64,000 nucleotides of DNA from Centroscyllium fabricii (Eukaryota). The stretch spans positions 32,922,001 to 32,986,000 of the forward strand of contig JBNRSN020000026.1 in NCBI GenBank assembly GCA_051313645.2, given 5' to 3'. A program made the position numbers and the translations under genes. A model generated the notes under the pieces. It worked only from the letters and a program-made list of their open reading frames with translations, made no database searches and was not told the DNA's origin. Below are positions 36,134 to 49,990 of the stretch, piece by piece (positions within the stretch are counted from its first letter, which is position 1; every line of letters starts with the position of its first letter).

Positions 36134-36432
36134 CAGGTTGAGCACCAGTAATCTGGCACCCGATGATCCGGCAGCTTCAGTGGTCCGGCACGATTGGAAA
36201 CCGGCGCTCTTCATTTTGCGGAGCAGCCGCTCGGCGGCGCCACCATTTCCTGGGAAGGGTGAGCGAGCGCCGAAGGAGTTGGGCGTTTGGGTTTCTGTTT
36301 TTTTAGGTTCTCCGAGTGTTCTACCGCGCGCTCCGGGCCCTGGGGAGTGTTCTACCGTGCGCTGCCCCCGAACCTTCAGTGGTCCGGCACCGGCCTGGTC
36401 CCGAGGGTGCCGGATTAACGGTGCTCAACCTG
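36134..36432. mobile_element. Tigger/pogo-like MITE (type B)
   Basis: TIRs CAGGTTGAGCACC; opposite orientation to 54192-54562. Confidence 0.87.
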
Positions 36433-37113
36433 TATATGAATAATTTCCATTATCCATATAAAGAATCTTTCACATACAGAAGAAAAATTATAAATGTTCT
36501 TTTTATAAACTAGGCACCCCTTTTTGTGCATGTTACAATAATGTATAATAAAATCAGTAACATTCTTAGAATGCATGATTGCTGATTACCTCCTAGTTTG
36601 TTTGTGCTACACATGGTTTTTTTGGTGTCACAGTTGAAGATATCAGGTGGAGGGCACAGAATAAATTCCAAAATAAACACAGAAGGCAGCCACAACACTC
36701 ACTACAGTCAAATCAGAAATTCGCTCTCCATTTACTGAATGAATGTACACTTTCATTTTGTTTCGCTCCGTGCCTCCCAACACTTCAAAAAAAAATTCTC
36801 CCAACAATTTTCTCCCATCGACTGCCTATTGCCCCTCCCAACACACTTTCTTAGCATTGACAGCCTCTTCAAACGCAAGAGAGAAACCAATCATGGCATT
36901 TACCGCGATGCAGCTTAGACCCTTGATAACACATGCAACAAGGAATGGCTTTGAACAAACACATGGCGCACAGAACAAACCACAAATTGTTTATCTGTGC
37001 TTGGGTTGAGATCGGATAGGGTAATGCATTGACTGGCTCCCAGACTCCAACCCCAATTGCTTGTGAGCACTGCAATGCGAGCTCCATTAATTGTAATGAA
37101 GGCTTTTGCTTAC

Positions 37114-37201
37114 CATATTTCTAAAGTTGGCACTTAAGGTTCCCGTTGCTTGATGGTACTCCATAACACAACAGTTGTTTAATATTTCACCACTGCTGTC
37201 A
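37114..37201 (-). CDS. stat5: STAT5 DNA-binding domain exon
   Basis: (N)[29 protein letters not shown]; 88 nt. Confidence 0.97.
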
Positions 37202-37384
37202 CTGCCAGAGATATAAATGGGTTAAAATGTATTTACTTTTCAAACTGCTATAAATAAAAACATCACTGCAGATTAGTGATGCGTTACACTGCACAGTAGC
37301 AACATTTATGGAACGATACAAGTAGACAGGCACGATTACACTGCTTGCTTGGACCAGAGGTAAAAAGGGGCAGCAGACTGCCTT

Positions 37385-37681
37385 CATAGAATCATAGAAT
37401 CCCTACAGTGCAGATAGAGGCCATTTCGGCCCATCGAGCCTGCACCGACACATATCCCACCCTATCCCCGTAACCCCACATATTTAATCCCCCTAACACT
37501 AAGGGTCAATTTATCCTGGCCAATCAACCTAACCCGCACATCTTTGGACTGTGGGAGGAAACCGGAGCACCCGGAGGAAAATGTGCAAACTCCACACAGA
37601 TGGTCACCCGAGGCTGGATTTGAACCCGGGCCCCTAGCGCTGTGAGGCAACAGTGCTAACCACGATGACACCGTGCCGCCC
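37385..37681 (-). mobile_element. HE1-type V-SINE (short-tail variant)
   Basis: Tail tcatagaatcatagaatc, V-core and head. Confidence 0.87.
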
Positions 37682-38299
37682 TTGTATGCATGTAAGCAAG
37701 AATGTTGCTCAATGTTCTGTAATTGTGGTCCATTTTCCACCAATTTGAAGGATCCTTTTCCCATTCGTATAAACAGTGCGGCAATACAGCAAACCACACC
37801 AAGTTTTATTAAAATTGAAAGACAGGTGTCGCATTGGCAGTCATTAAACTGGCGATATGAGCTGTAGATACGACCCAATGGTCAAATCAGTTGAAAAAAG
37901 CTTTCTTTGTGCAGTGGGACTGATAGGTTTCTCTCCTAAGTCCATTATTATTGCAAGGCATACCAACTAAAATTGGTTTAGATTTAAATGTAAATTAAAG
38001 AAAGAAACAGGAGGGGGCCTGTTCTTTTCCTTCAACAAAGCCCCAATAATCCATTACTGCATTTTATTTTCCAACTCGCTGCCTCTCCCAAATATGTTGC
38101 TTGCATTTAATTCTGCAAAGGCAAACGGTGACACACAATGCATTTCAACTATAAAAAGTACTTTTCAAAGATAAAGGATCAGGTCATTTGAGTGAGTGTG
38201 TATCTTAGTGAAATGCATAAATGCAATATGTCTGCATAACTGAACAGGGCAAGGGAATGAATACACTTGCATTGCTTTTCATGAAATTACGATTCTTGA

Positions 38300-41200
38300 A
38301 TGGACTGACGAATATTAGAAGCTTCACAAATTCATTACACAGTACACAGCATGAGCAAGTCTGGACATGAAGCTAAAGAGGAGTAGGGCTGAGGGAGGAG
38401 AGAAGATAAAATAGAGCCAGAAGACGTAGTTAGAAGGGAGGCAGTCTGGCTGCTTCAGAATCGGACCCCAGAAGCTGTGCTTAAAAGGGAATATTCTCAG
38501 GAACACTGCCTGTGCAATGCAATAAATCAGACAGGCTGGAGGAGGATTAGGCAGCCGAAGAGGTATTTAGTAGAGTGGTAGAAGTGGGAAGGTTTTCAGT
38601 TCATCGGACAGTGGAACTATCTTTGAAACAGGAGGAGGTTGTATGAGAGGGATGGACTGCACCTGAACTGAACTGAACTGGTGCCAATGAGCCGATATCA
38701 AGAATACAGCTGTAGCTGTAAGCTTGGGTTGGGGTGGTTGGGCCGGAAAGACTAAACTCAAATTACATGGGGTTGGCAGTAAGTGTGTAGAAGGAAAGCA
38801 GTCTAAAACAGTAAGCTTGAGGATGGAGATATGGCTAGGTGTACCTCAGGGCACATGGGAGAGAGTTAAGTGGAAGGATAGTGAAGGAAATAAGAAAAAC
38901 AAGGGGAAAGAGTACAGAGTATGAGTGGGTTAGGGTGTCAGTGATTATGTGCAAATACTAAACATAGAAACATAGAAGATAGGAGCAGGAGTAGGCCATT
39001 CGGCCCTTCGAGCCTGCTCCGCCATTCAATGAGATCATGGCTGATCATCCAAACCCAGCACCCCGCCCCTACCTTGTCCCCATATCCCTATCGAGCCTGC
39101 ACCAACACATATCCCACCCTATCCCCGTAACCCCACATATTTAATCCCCCTAACACTAAGGGTCAATTTATCCTGGCCAATCAACCTAACCTGCACATCT
39201 TTGGACTAAAACAATAGAAATAAAGGTGAGAAACTAGAGTAACCAATAAGAATGGACATAATGTTGTAGCCTTGACAGAAATGGAGTGACAATAAATATT
39301 CCAGTCTGTACATTTTTCAGAGGAGTGAAGAGAAGGAAAAAAGGGAGGGGGGGGGGGGAACCTTTTAATGAAGGGCATGGTTACAGCAGGAAAATAGTTT
39401 TTATGGATGGTGCTGCTGAGAGTGTGTCTATCTGGGTTGAGTTAAGAAATAATAAGGGATCTGTTATCAAGCTGGGAGTACACTAAATAGTGGAAAAGAA
39501 ATGGAGGAAGGGTTTTGTAGGAAATTTATAAAGGTTTGCAGTGGTAACAATTGTAACAATGACAACTTTAACCCAACTGAGGTAAAACAAACCTTTGTGG
39601 TCAACTGGGGAGGGGATTATTAGCATGCATAACCGATTCCTTAATCAGCCGGTCACAGGTCCAATAAGGAATGATGTAATGCTTGACTTTGTTCTGGGTT
39701 GCAAAACAGGACGACGTCACTTGGGAAATAGTGACAATAACCTAATTGGGTTCACAATGAAGATAGATGAAGAAAAAGAGTTGAAGATAAACTCCTGGAC
39801 TGGAAGATGATCATTTTAGTACAAAGGGGGGTCGAGACGAGATTAGTTAGTTCGGAAAATGAGAGCTCAAAAAGACCAGCAGTGGAAGATATTTCTGTTT
39901 AAGGTACAGGTTAAATATCATCTGAGGGATTAAAGATGGTTACATGCAGAAATTAAGAGCAAACCAACTATAAAAAAAAAAGTATAGAGAAATATAAAAA
40001 GTACAGAAATTAAGCAAAGAAAATTAGGAGGACTAAGAAAGAAAGAGTGGATGATTATAGCATGGGCTTTTAGAAGAAATAAAAAGTAGAACAATAAAAG
40101 AGAGGATGGGACCATTAGATATGAAAAGGAACATCTTAATCTTGAGTGAGGCAATCCATAATAAATGTTTTTTTTAACAGCGGTAGGTGAAACTGAAACT
40201 GAGAATGCAGAAGAGCCACTATTGGATGTAAATATTCAAAAGGAAATTTTATTAAAAACAGATTTATGGGGCTAAAAGTAAAGAATTCACTAGGCTTGTA
40301 TGGTTTGCATCCCAGAATACCAAAGGAGTTTGGAGAGGAAATAATTGAGGTACAACTCATAATTTTTCAGAAATCCTTGGAAAACAGTAATTGTGCCAAC
40401 AGACATTGTGCTAACAGACTAGAGGATAGTGAATGTTACACCCCATTCAGGAAAAGGGGTAGGTATGAAGCAGAAACTAATAGTCAATTAATCTTTTCAG
40501 CACCTGATCTTTCGATTAGGCACTTTACAGCCTTCTGGACTCAACATCGAGTTCAACAATTTCAGATAATAATCCCTGCTCCCATTTTTCATGCTGTATG
40601 ATGTTTGCCATTCCCATTTGCAACATTTTATCTTTCCTGTCTCTTACAAAAGTACAGTACATTCTTTCAATTTCTTCCTCCCCTCCTAACCGCCGCCCCC
40701 CCGCCCCCGTCTCTGCACCTGCTTAATATCCGTTACATCTCCAGCTTTTTCCAGTTCTGATGAAGGGTCCCAGACCTGAAACGTTAACTCTGTTTCTCTC
40801 TCCACGGATGCTGCCTGGCCTGCTGAGAATTTCCAGCATTTTCTGTTGTTAAGTCAATTAATCTTACTTGAATTATGGGTGAACGTCTAGAGCACATAAC
40901 AGGACGTGAGCTAATTAGGATCAGGCAGCACATATTTGTTAACGGTAGGTTAAGCTTGACTTCATTAATTTTTTGATGAAATTCGAATGTATAAAAGGAA
41001 TGCAGTGGATGTTGTATATATGTTTTGATAAGGTGCTACATAACAGACTTAAAAGGATAAAGTGAAATGGTAGTAATGGGGACACATCTGCATGGATGGA
41101 GGGATGACTGGAAAAAAAGTAGAGCACAAGAGTAAATTCGTGTTTTTCAGGTTGCATGGTCGTATGCCCCGATGATCTGTCCTGGACCCCCTCGTTTTCC

Positions 41201-41510
41201 ATTTATATTAAATGACTTGAAGATAGTTTGCAGATACCAAATTAGGGACCATGACAAATTTAAAGACTGCAGGAGGAGAGGCAGATACAGTTCAATGCAG
41301 AGAAATGTGTAATAGTGCAAGCAATGAAGGGAAGAATAACCTAAACGGTAAAACTGAGGAATAGAGAGATCTAGGAGCACAGATAAATATCTTTAAATTG
41401 GAAATCGATAGAAAAGGCTCTAAAAAGGCATATTGATTTCTGGTTTCTATATATGGGGCACTAAATATTAAAGCAAGAAAAAAAATGGAGAATGTTAGGA
41501 GTTGCCTTAC
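38300..41510 (+). mobile_element. Very old CR1 LINE remnant with nested SINE (38961-39207) and Penelope fragment
   Basis: Scattered ORF2 motifs: ESVSIWVELRN, HLGNSD, GLHPRIPKE, FDKV. Confidence 0.65.
40640..40850 (+). mobile_element. Penelope-like element terminal fragment with a minimal hammerhead motif
   Basis: AGTT-CTGATGA-A-GGGTC CCA GACCT-GAAAC-GTT-AACT at 40753-40789; related pieces at ~27110-27210, ~45135-45235 and ~18250-18400. Confidence 0.75.
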
Positions 41511-41790
41511 ACAGAAGCACAGAAGATAGGAGCAGGAATAGGCCATTCGGCCCTTCGAGCCTGCTCCACTATTTTTGATGAGTTCATGGCTGATCATCCA
41601 AACCCAGCACCCCCCTCCTACCCTCTCCCCCGACACCTCCAACTCTAAGAACTATATCTCACACACATACTCATGGGCAATTTTCTTTTAGCATCTCCAA
41701 TTCACCTAACCTGCATGTCTTTGGGTGGTGGGAGGAAACCGGAGTACCTGGAGGAAACCCACACAAACACGGGGAGAACATGCAAACTCC
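41510..41790 (-). mobile_element. 5'-truncated V-SINE abutting a STAT5 splice donor
   Basis: V-core and tail; truncation point 4 nt from the exon at 41795. Confidence 0.85.
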
Positions 41791-41793
41791 TTA

Positions 41794-41991
<198 letters not shown>

Positions 41992-42149
41992 TTAAAAATT
42001 ATAGTGCAATCTGTTCTACTTAAATACTGTATATAATCTGATTTCATACATTAAATGAGATAAAATAGTTTATGTCTATGAATAGCATATTTTCCTACAA
42101 TTATCATGCTGATATTAGAATATCTAAGAATATTACTGACATAATATTA

Positions 42150-43803
42150 TGATCCATATCGGCCTCCTCCCGAGTTCCACACCATCACAGAAGCCAGTCT
42201 TCAGCCAATTCGATTCACTCCACATGATATGAAGAAACGGCTGAGCGCACTGGATACAGCAAAGGCTGTGGGCCCCGACAACATCCCGGCTGTCGTGCTG
42301 AAGACTTATGCTCCAGAATTAGCCGCACCTCCAGCCAAGTTGTTCCAGTACAGCTATAACACTGGCATCTATCCGACAATGTGGAAAACTGCCCAGGTAT
42401 GTCCTGTCCACAAAAAGCAGGACAAATCCAATCCGGCCAATTACCACCCCATCAGTCTACTCTCAATCATCAGCAAAGTGATGGAAGGTGTCGTCAACAG
42501 TGCTAACAAGCGGCACTTACTTACCAATAACCTGCTCACTGATTCCCAGTTTGGGTTCCACCAAGACCACTCGGCGCCCGACCTCATTACAGCCTTGGTC
42601 CAAACATGGACAAAGGAGCTGAATTCCAGAGTGAGGTGAGAGTGACTGCCCTTGACATCAAGGCAGCATTTGACCAAGTGTGTCATCAACGAGCCCTAGT
42701 AAAATTGAAGTCAATGGGAATCAGGGGGAAAACTCTCCACTAGCTGGAGTCATACCTAGCACAAAGGAAGATGGTTGTGGTGGTTCAAGGTCAATCATCA
42801 CAGCCCAGGACATGACTGCAAGAGTTCCTCAGGGCAGTGTCCTCGGCCCAACCATCTTCACCTGCTTCATCAATGACCTTCCCTCCATCATAAGGTCAGA
42901 AGTGGGTATGTTCGCTGATGATTGCACAGTGTTCAGTGCCATTCACAACTCCTTAGATAATGAAGCAGTCCATGCCCACATGCAGCAAGACCTGGATGAT
43001 ATTCAGGCATAGGCTGATAAGTGGCAGGTAACACTCGCGTCACACAAGTGCCGGGCAATGACTATCTCCAACAAGCAAGCGCCTAACCACTACCCCTTGA
43101 CACTCAACGGCATTACCATTACAAAATCCACCACCATCAACAGCCTGGGGGGGGGGGGGGGTCACCATTGACCAGATACTTAACTGGACCAGCCACATAA
43201 ATACTGTGGCTACAAGAGGTCAGAGGCTGGGTATTCTGCGACGAGTGTCTCATCTCCTGATGCCCCAAAACCTTTCCACCATCTACAAGGCAGAAGTCAG
43301 GAGTGTGATGGAATACTCTCCACTTGCCTGGATGAGTGCAGCTCCAACAATACAAGAAGCTCAACACCATCCAGGACAATGCAGCTGCTTGATTGGATCC
43401 CATCTACCACCTTAAACATTCACTCCCAGCGTACCATGGCTGCAGTGTGTACCATCTACAAGATGCACTGCAGCAACTCGCCAAGGTTTCTTTGGTAGCA
43501 CCTCCAAAACCCACGATCTCTACCACCTAGAAGGACAAGGGCAGCAGGCGCATGGAAACACCATCACCTCCAAGTCACACACCATCCCGAGTTGGAAGTA
43601 TATCGCCGTTTCTTCATCGTCGCTGGGTCAAAATCCTGGAACTCCCTCCCTAACAGCACTGTGGGAGTACCTTTACCACACAGACTGCTGCGGTTCAAGA
43701 AGGCGGCTCACCACCACCACCATCTTCTCAAGGACAACTGGCGATGGGCAATAAATGCTGGCCTTGCCCAGCGATGCTCGCATACCATGAACGAATAAAA
43801 AAA
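42150..43803 (+). mobile_element. CR1/L2-group LINE, 3' ~1.6 kb (RT)
   Basis: KAVGPDNIP, PISLLSIISKVME, QFGF, ALDIKAAFD, VPQGSVLGP, MFADD; tail gaataaaaaaaaa; several stops. Confidence 0.9.
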
Positions 43804-44071
43804 AATCATCTCTGGCTGTGGAGCAGATTACTTTCTGCACAAATGTTTTTTTCATGTCAGAATTCAGATTTTAGAATGACTGCTTGATTTTAATGAAAAT
43901 TTGTTTGAATTAAAATGATACTTTTCAGCATCTGCTTGCCATTACTAGAGCCATATTAAATATAAGTATTAGGTGCTTTGTTATCTGCTGGGTGAAGCAT
44001 GTATAGCTGAATGTACATTTAAGCAATGTTTACAGTGAATTGTTACATACAGTTCTATTAAAGTTGCTGAC

Positions 44072-44227
44072 CTTGTGACTAGTGCAGATATTACATCTGT
44101 AATTGTTGCATTGAGCTCTGTAAGTAACTCCTCCACTGGGCCTGGGATGGGCAGCTGCTGCCTCTGGTGTTCAGCTCGCCTGATCTGCTGACGATTCTGC
44201 CATATTGTCTCTGCTAACTTTTCACAC
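44072..44227 (-). CDS. stat5: STAT5 coiled-coil domain exon
   Basis: (W)[51 protein letters not shown](S); 156 nt. Confidence 0.97.
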
Positions 44228-44414
44228 CTACAAGAACAAATTTTCCAATAAACAGTATAGTAAATATAAAAAATGACACTTCTAATGGTTACATACCATT
44301 ATAATTACATCACTGTTTAACAATACAATTCTAGAAGCAGGTAAAGGGAATACGACTACGTTTCAATGAACTTATTACTTTTGCTAAATGAATTTGGTGT
44401 CAAAGAATATGGTA

Positions 44415-44996
44415 CAGGTTGAGCACTGTTAATTCAGCACGGGCAGGACTAGGCCTGTGCCGGTCTACCGAAAAAACCGGCCAGTGCGCATCATTCAAAA
44501 TGGCCGCGCACAACACTGGAAATGGCCGCCGGAAGTTTTGATCACCTGCAGTGTAGCTGCAGCCGCCCAGAACCCGGCGTGCAAAGATCCCTCGGCTTGG
44601 CTCACCAGGCAGAAATTATGGGACTCTCCCTCCCTCCCTCCCTCCCCCGCCGGGCACACAGCCATAAATTGAGGCCCAGGCTGCAGGCCCAGCACAACAC
44701 TAACAAGTTAGCAGATCCCGGTCCCGGGCAGCGCTGAGGGAGTGAGGCCGGAGCGAGCAGCAGATCCTTACCGTTTGGCGGCGCACGAATGAGGAGGCAA
44801 AGATCGGTCCAGCCTCCGGCGGCCGTTTTGAATGATCTGTGCATGTGCTCGCTGTTCGGCGGCGCATGCGCAGATCATTCGCCGAAGCATCTATCGCGGC
44901 AGCCATTTTGCGCATGCGCAGGACAGTTGGGGCAATTTATGCCGGAAGACCGAAGTTGCCGGCTTTTCGGTTACTGGATTACCGGTGCTCAACCTG
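44415..44996. mobile_element. Tigger/pogo-like MITE (type A)
   Basis: TIRs present; near-identical architecture to 2367-2977. Confidence 0.88.
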
Positions 44997-45449
44997 TGTA
45001 CAGATTTCCAGTAGCTAACATAACATAAGAGAACATAATAATTAGGAGGAGTAGGCCATACGGCCCCTCGAGCCTGCTCCGCCATTCAATTAAGATCATG
45101 GCTGATCTTCGACCTCAACTCCAATCTTCATATCTCTTTTGACGGAAGGTCATCAACCTGCAACTTTAACTCTGTTTCTCTCTCCACCGATGCTGCCTGG
45201 CCTGCTGAGTTTTTCCAGCGATTTCCGCTGTTATTTCATATCTCTTGACTCCTCGCGAGTCCAATAATCTATCTATCTCAGTCTTGAATATATTCAGCAT
45301 CCACAGCCCTTTGGAGTAGAGAATTCTGCAGGTTCACAACTCTGAGTGAAGAAATTCCTCCTCATCAGTCTTTAAATGGGCAACCGCTTATCATGAGACT
45401 AGTTCGAGACTCTCCAGCCAGGGGAAACAACCTCTCAGCATCTACCCTG

Positions 45450-45862
45450 ACTTGCATTTATATAGCGCCTTTCACAACCACCAGGCGTCTCAAGCCGCTT
45501 TAAAGCCAATGAAGTACTTTTGGAGTGTAGACTGTTTTAATATCGGAAATGTGGCAGCCAATTTGCACACAGCAAGCTCCCACAAACAGCAACGTGATGA
45601 TGACCAGATAATCTGCTTTTGTTATGTTGATTGAGGGATAAACATTGGCCATGACACCGGGGATAACTCCTCCGGCTCGTCTTCGAAATCGTGCCGTGGG
45701 ATCTTTTACATCCAACTGAGCGGGCAGACGGGGCCTCGGTTTAACGTCTCATCCGAAAGACGGTGCAGCAGTCCACTGGAGTGTCAGCCTGGGGGGAGAC
45801 TTGAAACCACAACCATTCTGAATCAGAGGCAAATGTGCTACCCACTGAGCTACGGCTGACAC
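45450..45862 (-). mobile_element. Deu-SINE (SacSINE1-like)
   Basis: Homologous to 30820-31272. Confidence 0.75.
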
Positions 45863-46555
45863 GGAATCCAGTGTTTCAATGAGCTCACACCTCATTCTTC
45901 TAAACTCCAGGTTGAAATAAGTACACATCAAAATCTGCAAATCTGAGCATTGAAAAGACTACTTTTCCAACAATTGTGGCTCCGATTGTTTAACTAGACA
46001 CTAGAACCCTGCGGCATCAACATTCCCTTTATCAACATTTTAACAAACACACTGTAAAAGAGGACAGACTGCAAAATACTATAATTTACCTGCAATTAAG
46101 AGCTTGTATTTTTTACTTTTTGGATAGCCTGCAATTAGGCATTCAAGGCTAACCAAAAATAAAGGTAGTACTGGTATGAAAACGATCATGGAACCAGAAA
46201 CTTCGACTGGTAAGGATACAACTGTGTGATTGATTTACACTAGTTAGCTGTTCAACTTCTGGGAAAATGGCAGGGCAGCGAATATCAGTTGCATACGCAT
46301 CCAGTGCTTTGTGGGAATTCTAGGGCGCTTCTCATGTCCTGGACAAGCACATGTGCAGAAGGTGTTTCCGGCTGCTCAAACTCAGTTTCTGCACTGGAGG
46401 TGTGGCTGGTGTCATAATAGGAGGTTAAAAGTGTATTTGGGAGGCTGAAAGTTTTGTGGATCCCATGTTACAGGAGCTGGTCACCCCGCAGCCGCAGAGT
46501 TCCGGAGAGTGGGTGCGTGGCAATCTGGCACGGTAGGAAGAAGAGGCAGGAAGTG

Positions 46556-46966
46556 CAGAATCATAGAATCCCCACAGTGCAGATAGAGGCCATTTCGGCC
46601 CATCGAGCCTGCACCGACACATATCCCACCCTATCCCCGTAACCCCACATATTCCACTCCATCCCCGTAACCCCACATATTCCACTCTATCCCCGTAACC
46701 CCACATATTCCACTCTACCCCCGTAACCCCACTCTATCCCCATAACCCCACATATTCAATCCCCCTAACACTAAGGGTCAATTTATCCTGGCCAATCAAC
46801 CTAACCCGCACATCTTTGGACTGTGGGAGGAAACCGGAGCACCCGGAGAAAACCCACGCAGACACGGGGAGAATGTGCAAACTCCACACAGATAGTCACC
46901 CGAGGCTGGATTTGAACCCGGGCCCCCGGCGCTGTGATGCAACAGTGCTAACCACTGTGCCGCCCT
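46556..46966 (-). mobile_element. V-SINE with an internal ~28-bp tandem expansion
   Basis: ccccgtaaccccacatattccactctat about 5 times at 46630-46760; sits in a degenerate CR1 (~46390-48380). Confidence 0.85.
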
Positions 46967-47926
46967 TAAGTACCCCACGAGAATGGCACTCACAAACCAA
47001 CTTTCTGAGGGTGATGACACCTTGGAGAGTGCAGTCTAAAGCAACTCCACAGAACTGTGATGCAAATGACTGCAAAGTTAAGCAGTGCAACTGTCATAGG
47101 GGACTCAATAGTCAGGGGATAGACAGACATCCCTGCAACCTTAGACTTGAGTTGCCTCCCTGGTGCCAGAGTAGAGGTTGTCGTAGAACGAGTGCAGAAC
47201 ATTCTGTTGGGGGGGGGGGGGGGGGGGGGGGGGGGGAAACACGGGGACAGAGGGGAACGGCTGCAAGTCATTTTTCATGTTGGAACCAAGAACATTGGAA
47301 AGAAGAGGGTCGAGGTCCTGCAGCCAGATTAAAGACCGAGGGAGGAGGCTAAAGAGCAGGACTTCAAAGGTGATAATCTCTAGAGTATTCCTAGTGCCAC
47401 GTGTTAGTAAGTATAGGAACGGCAATATAAAGAAGGTTCATTTGTGGCTGGAAAGATGGTGGAGAGAGGGCTTCAGATTCCTGTGGCACTGGGATCAGTT
47501 CTGGGCAGGAGGGAACTGTACAAGGTAGACAGGTTACACCTGAACAGGGCTGGTACCAATGTCCTCATGAGGAGGTTAACTAGTGCTGCGGGGGGGTTAA
47601 ACTAATTCGGAGGGGGTGGAGTGGGGAGGACACCAGGATGAAACATCACAGAGGAGAATCAAGGTGCAAAGAGGACTGGGAGAGACAAACGGCATTAGAA
47701 TAAAGAATAGTTCAGAAAGAGGAGGATCAAAAAAGGGATAATGCAAAGCAGACTAAGGCAGGTTGGGGTGCATGCGCGTAAATGTATGGAGCGTGACAAA
47801 TAAGGTTGGTGAGCCACAGGCACAAATTGCCACATGGAGTTATGATGTAGTGGCAAATTGAAGACCTGGCTCAAATAAGGTCAGGAATGGGAACGTAACA
47901 TTCCTGGCTATAACGTATTCAGGAGG

Positions 47927-48176
47927 AATGCAAGAAGTCACACAACGCCAGATTATAGTCCAACAGTTTTATTTTAAATCACAAGCTTTCGGAGCTTTTG
48001 CCCCTTCGTCAGGTGAAAGAGAGAGACTGCCTTCAAGTCAGTCTCTCTCTTTCACCTGACGAAGGGGCAGATGCTCCGAAAGCTTGTGATTTAAAATAAA
48101 ACTGTTGGACTATAATCTGGTGTTGTGTGACTTCTTGCATTTGTCCACCCCAGTCCAACACCAGCACCTCCACATC
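47927..48176. mobile_element. Penelope-like palindromic insertion with two opposed hammerhead motifs
   Basis: ~215-bp near-perfect inverted repeat; 14-bp TSD ACGTATTCAGGAGG (47913-47926 and 48177-48190). Confidence 0.85.
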
Positions 48177-48383
48177 ACGTATTCAGGAGGGATAGGGGAA
48201 GAAAATGAGGGTGGGGGTTGCAGTATTGATCAAATATACTGTTACAGCCCTAGAAAGGGATGATGTGCTGGAGGATCTACTTGGAGTTGAGGAGCAGATA
48301 CAATGCTGGGCAAATACTATAGACCACCAAATAGTGGGCAGGAGATGGAGGAGCAAATCTGCAAGGAATTTCAGAAAGATATA

Positions 48384-49373
48384 GGCCCAGAAATTCGGCT
48401 TGGAGGCTTCCCGCGAGTGCAAGCCTCCAACCCACACTTACCTACTGCGCCGGCCGTTGATCATTGCACCCGCATGGCATTCCAATGTTGGGCCCTCCTG
48501 AAGTGCCGGCGCGCTCTGCTCCTGGAATTGAACGGTGAAGATAGTGCGAGATATCGCGCGGGATCACGTGGGCTGCGAAGAGCCAATCGGAGCCCAGAAT
48601 GCTCCATTCATAAGTTTGACAGGAAGACCTGTCAAACTTATGAATACTACAAGCCCAAAACATCACTAAATCTTAAAATATTTTTTTTTAAAACATCACA
48701 TTTTTTAAAATAACTATCAATTACACAAATTAACTATTTTAAACAAAAATTAAAAATTTTGAAAAAAATTGAAGTATTTAACGGGGTTAAAAATGAAAGA
48801 CCTGTGGAAAAAATGAAAGACCTGTGGAAAAAATTTCTAAAGTTGAATTGAATCACTACTTACCTGCAGAAACCACTTTGCGCTTGAAAATAGGAGACAT
48901 AGAAACTAGGAGCAGGAGTCGGCCATTCGGCCCTTCGAGCCTGCTCCGCCATTCAATGAGATCATGGCTGATCATCCAAACCCAGCACCCTCTCCCTGCC
49001 TTGTCCCCACATCCCTCTCGAGCCTGCACCGACACACATATCCCACCCTATCCCCGTAACATACTCAATCCCCCTAACACTAAGGGTCAATTTATCATGG
49101 CCAATCAACCTAACCCGCACATCTTTGGATCTTTTGAGACATATCTTTTTCTAATACTTACCCAGATAAAAAGCTGTAAAAAAAAATTAAAAAAATAAAA
49201 ATAAAAAATCGGAATTCCATTGCGCACCCGCACAAGCGTTCCGACCCCTGACCCCGTCTTTCAGGGGATCGGAAGTGCCGGTTTCGTGCGCATGCCTGAA
49301 ACTGACAATTCCGATGGGCCCGCGCGCGAGTACCCAGCGCATACTCACGCGTTGCGAGCCTAATTTCTGGCCC
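48384..49373. mobile_element. Harbinger-like element with nested V-SINE (48897-49128)
   Basis: GGCCCAGAAATT...AATTTCTGGCCC termini; homologous to 17075-17807. Confidence 0.78.
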
Positions 49374-49691
49374 ATTATATGAGCCAACAGAGGCACAATG
49401 GGCTGAAAGGCTGTAATCATCTGTGCTGCCTCTTTTTTACATCTTTGAATTTTCCTTGCAGATTTGCTCCTCCATCTTCTTTCTGAAATAATGAACCACT
49501 GAATGGTGGCAAAGCACATTCGTGATACAAAGACTGTGGCATGGAACTTGTGGCCATGATACCCAACACTGAGCTCCCAATCTCAACGATGTTATTGGGG
49601 GGGAAACACTAAATGAAGCTCAAACACTCACCCACAGGGAGGAGAATGTTGAACTGAGTCCCACTTTATGCTGCCTTGCACTTACGGTATT

Positions 49692-49990
49692 GAAACACAG
49701 AAGATAGGAGGTGTAGGCCATTCGGCCCTTCGAGCCTGCTCTGCCATTCAATGAGATCATGGCTGATCATCCAAACCCAGCACCCCCCTCCTACCCTCTC
49801 CCCATATCCCCCGACGCCCCCAACTCGAAGAACTATATCTCACACACATACTCATGGGCAATATTTAGTATCTCCAAATCACCTAACCTGCATGTCTTTG
49901 GGTGGTGGGAGGAAACCGGAGTACCCGGAGGAAACCCACACGAACACGGGGAGAACATGCAAACTCCACGCAGAGGTGTCCCGGGCCAAG
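49692..49990 (-). mobile_element. V-SINE (second subfamily), partial
   Basis: Tail and V-core with the actatatctcacacacatactcatgggc segment. Confidence 0.82.

Noticed and set aside
36563-36571. TTCTTAGAA and other TTCNNNGAA sites (27482, 58036) as STAT5 autoregulatory elements
   Set aside because: A motif with 6 fixed bases is expected many times by chance in 64 kb; several lie in LINEs; no clustering or conservation evidence.
47207-47236. Long poly-G runs (also ~21692, ~43147, ~53494) as functional G-quadruplexes
   Set aside because: They sit inside decayed repeats, and homopolymer length is unreliable in assemblies.
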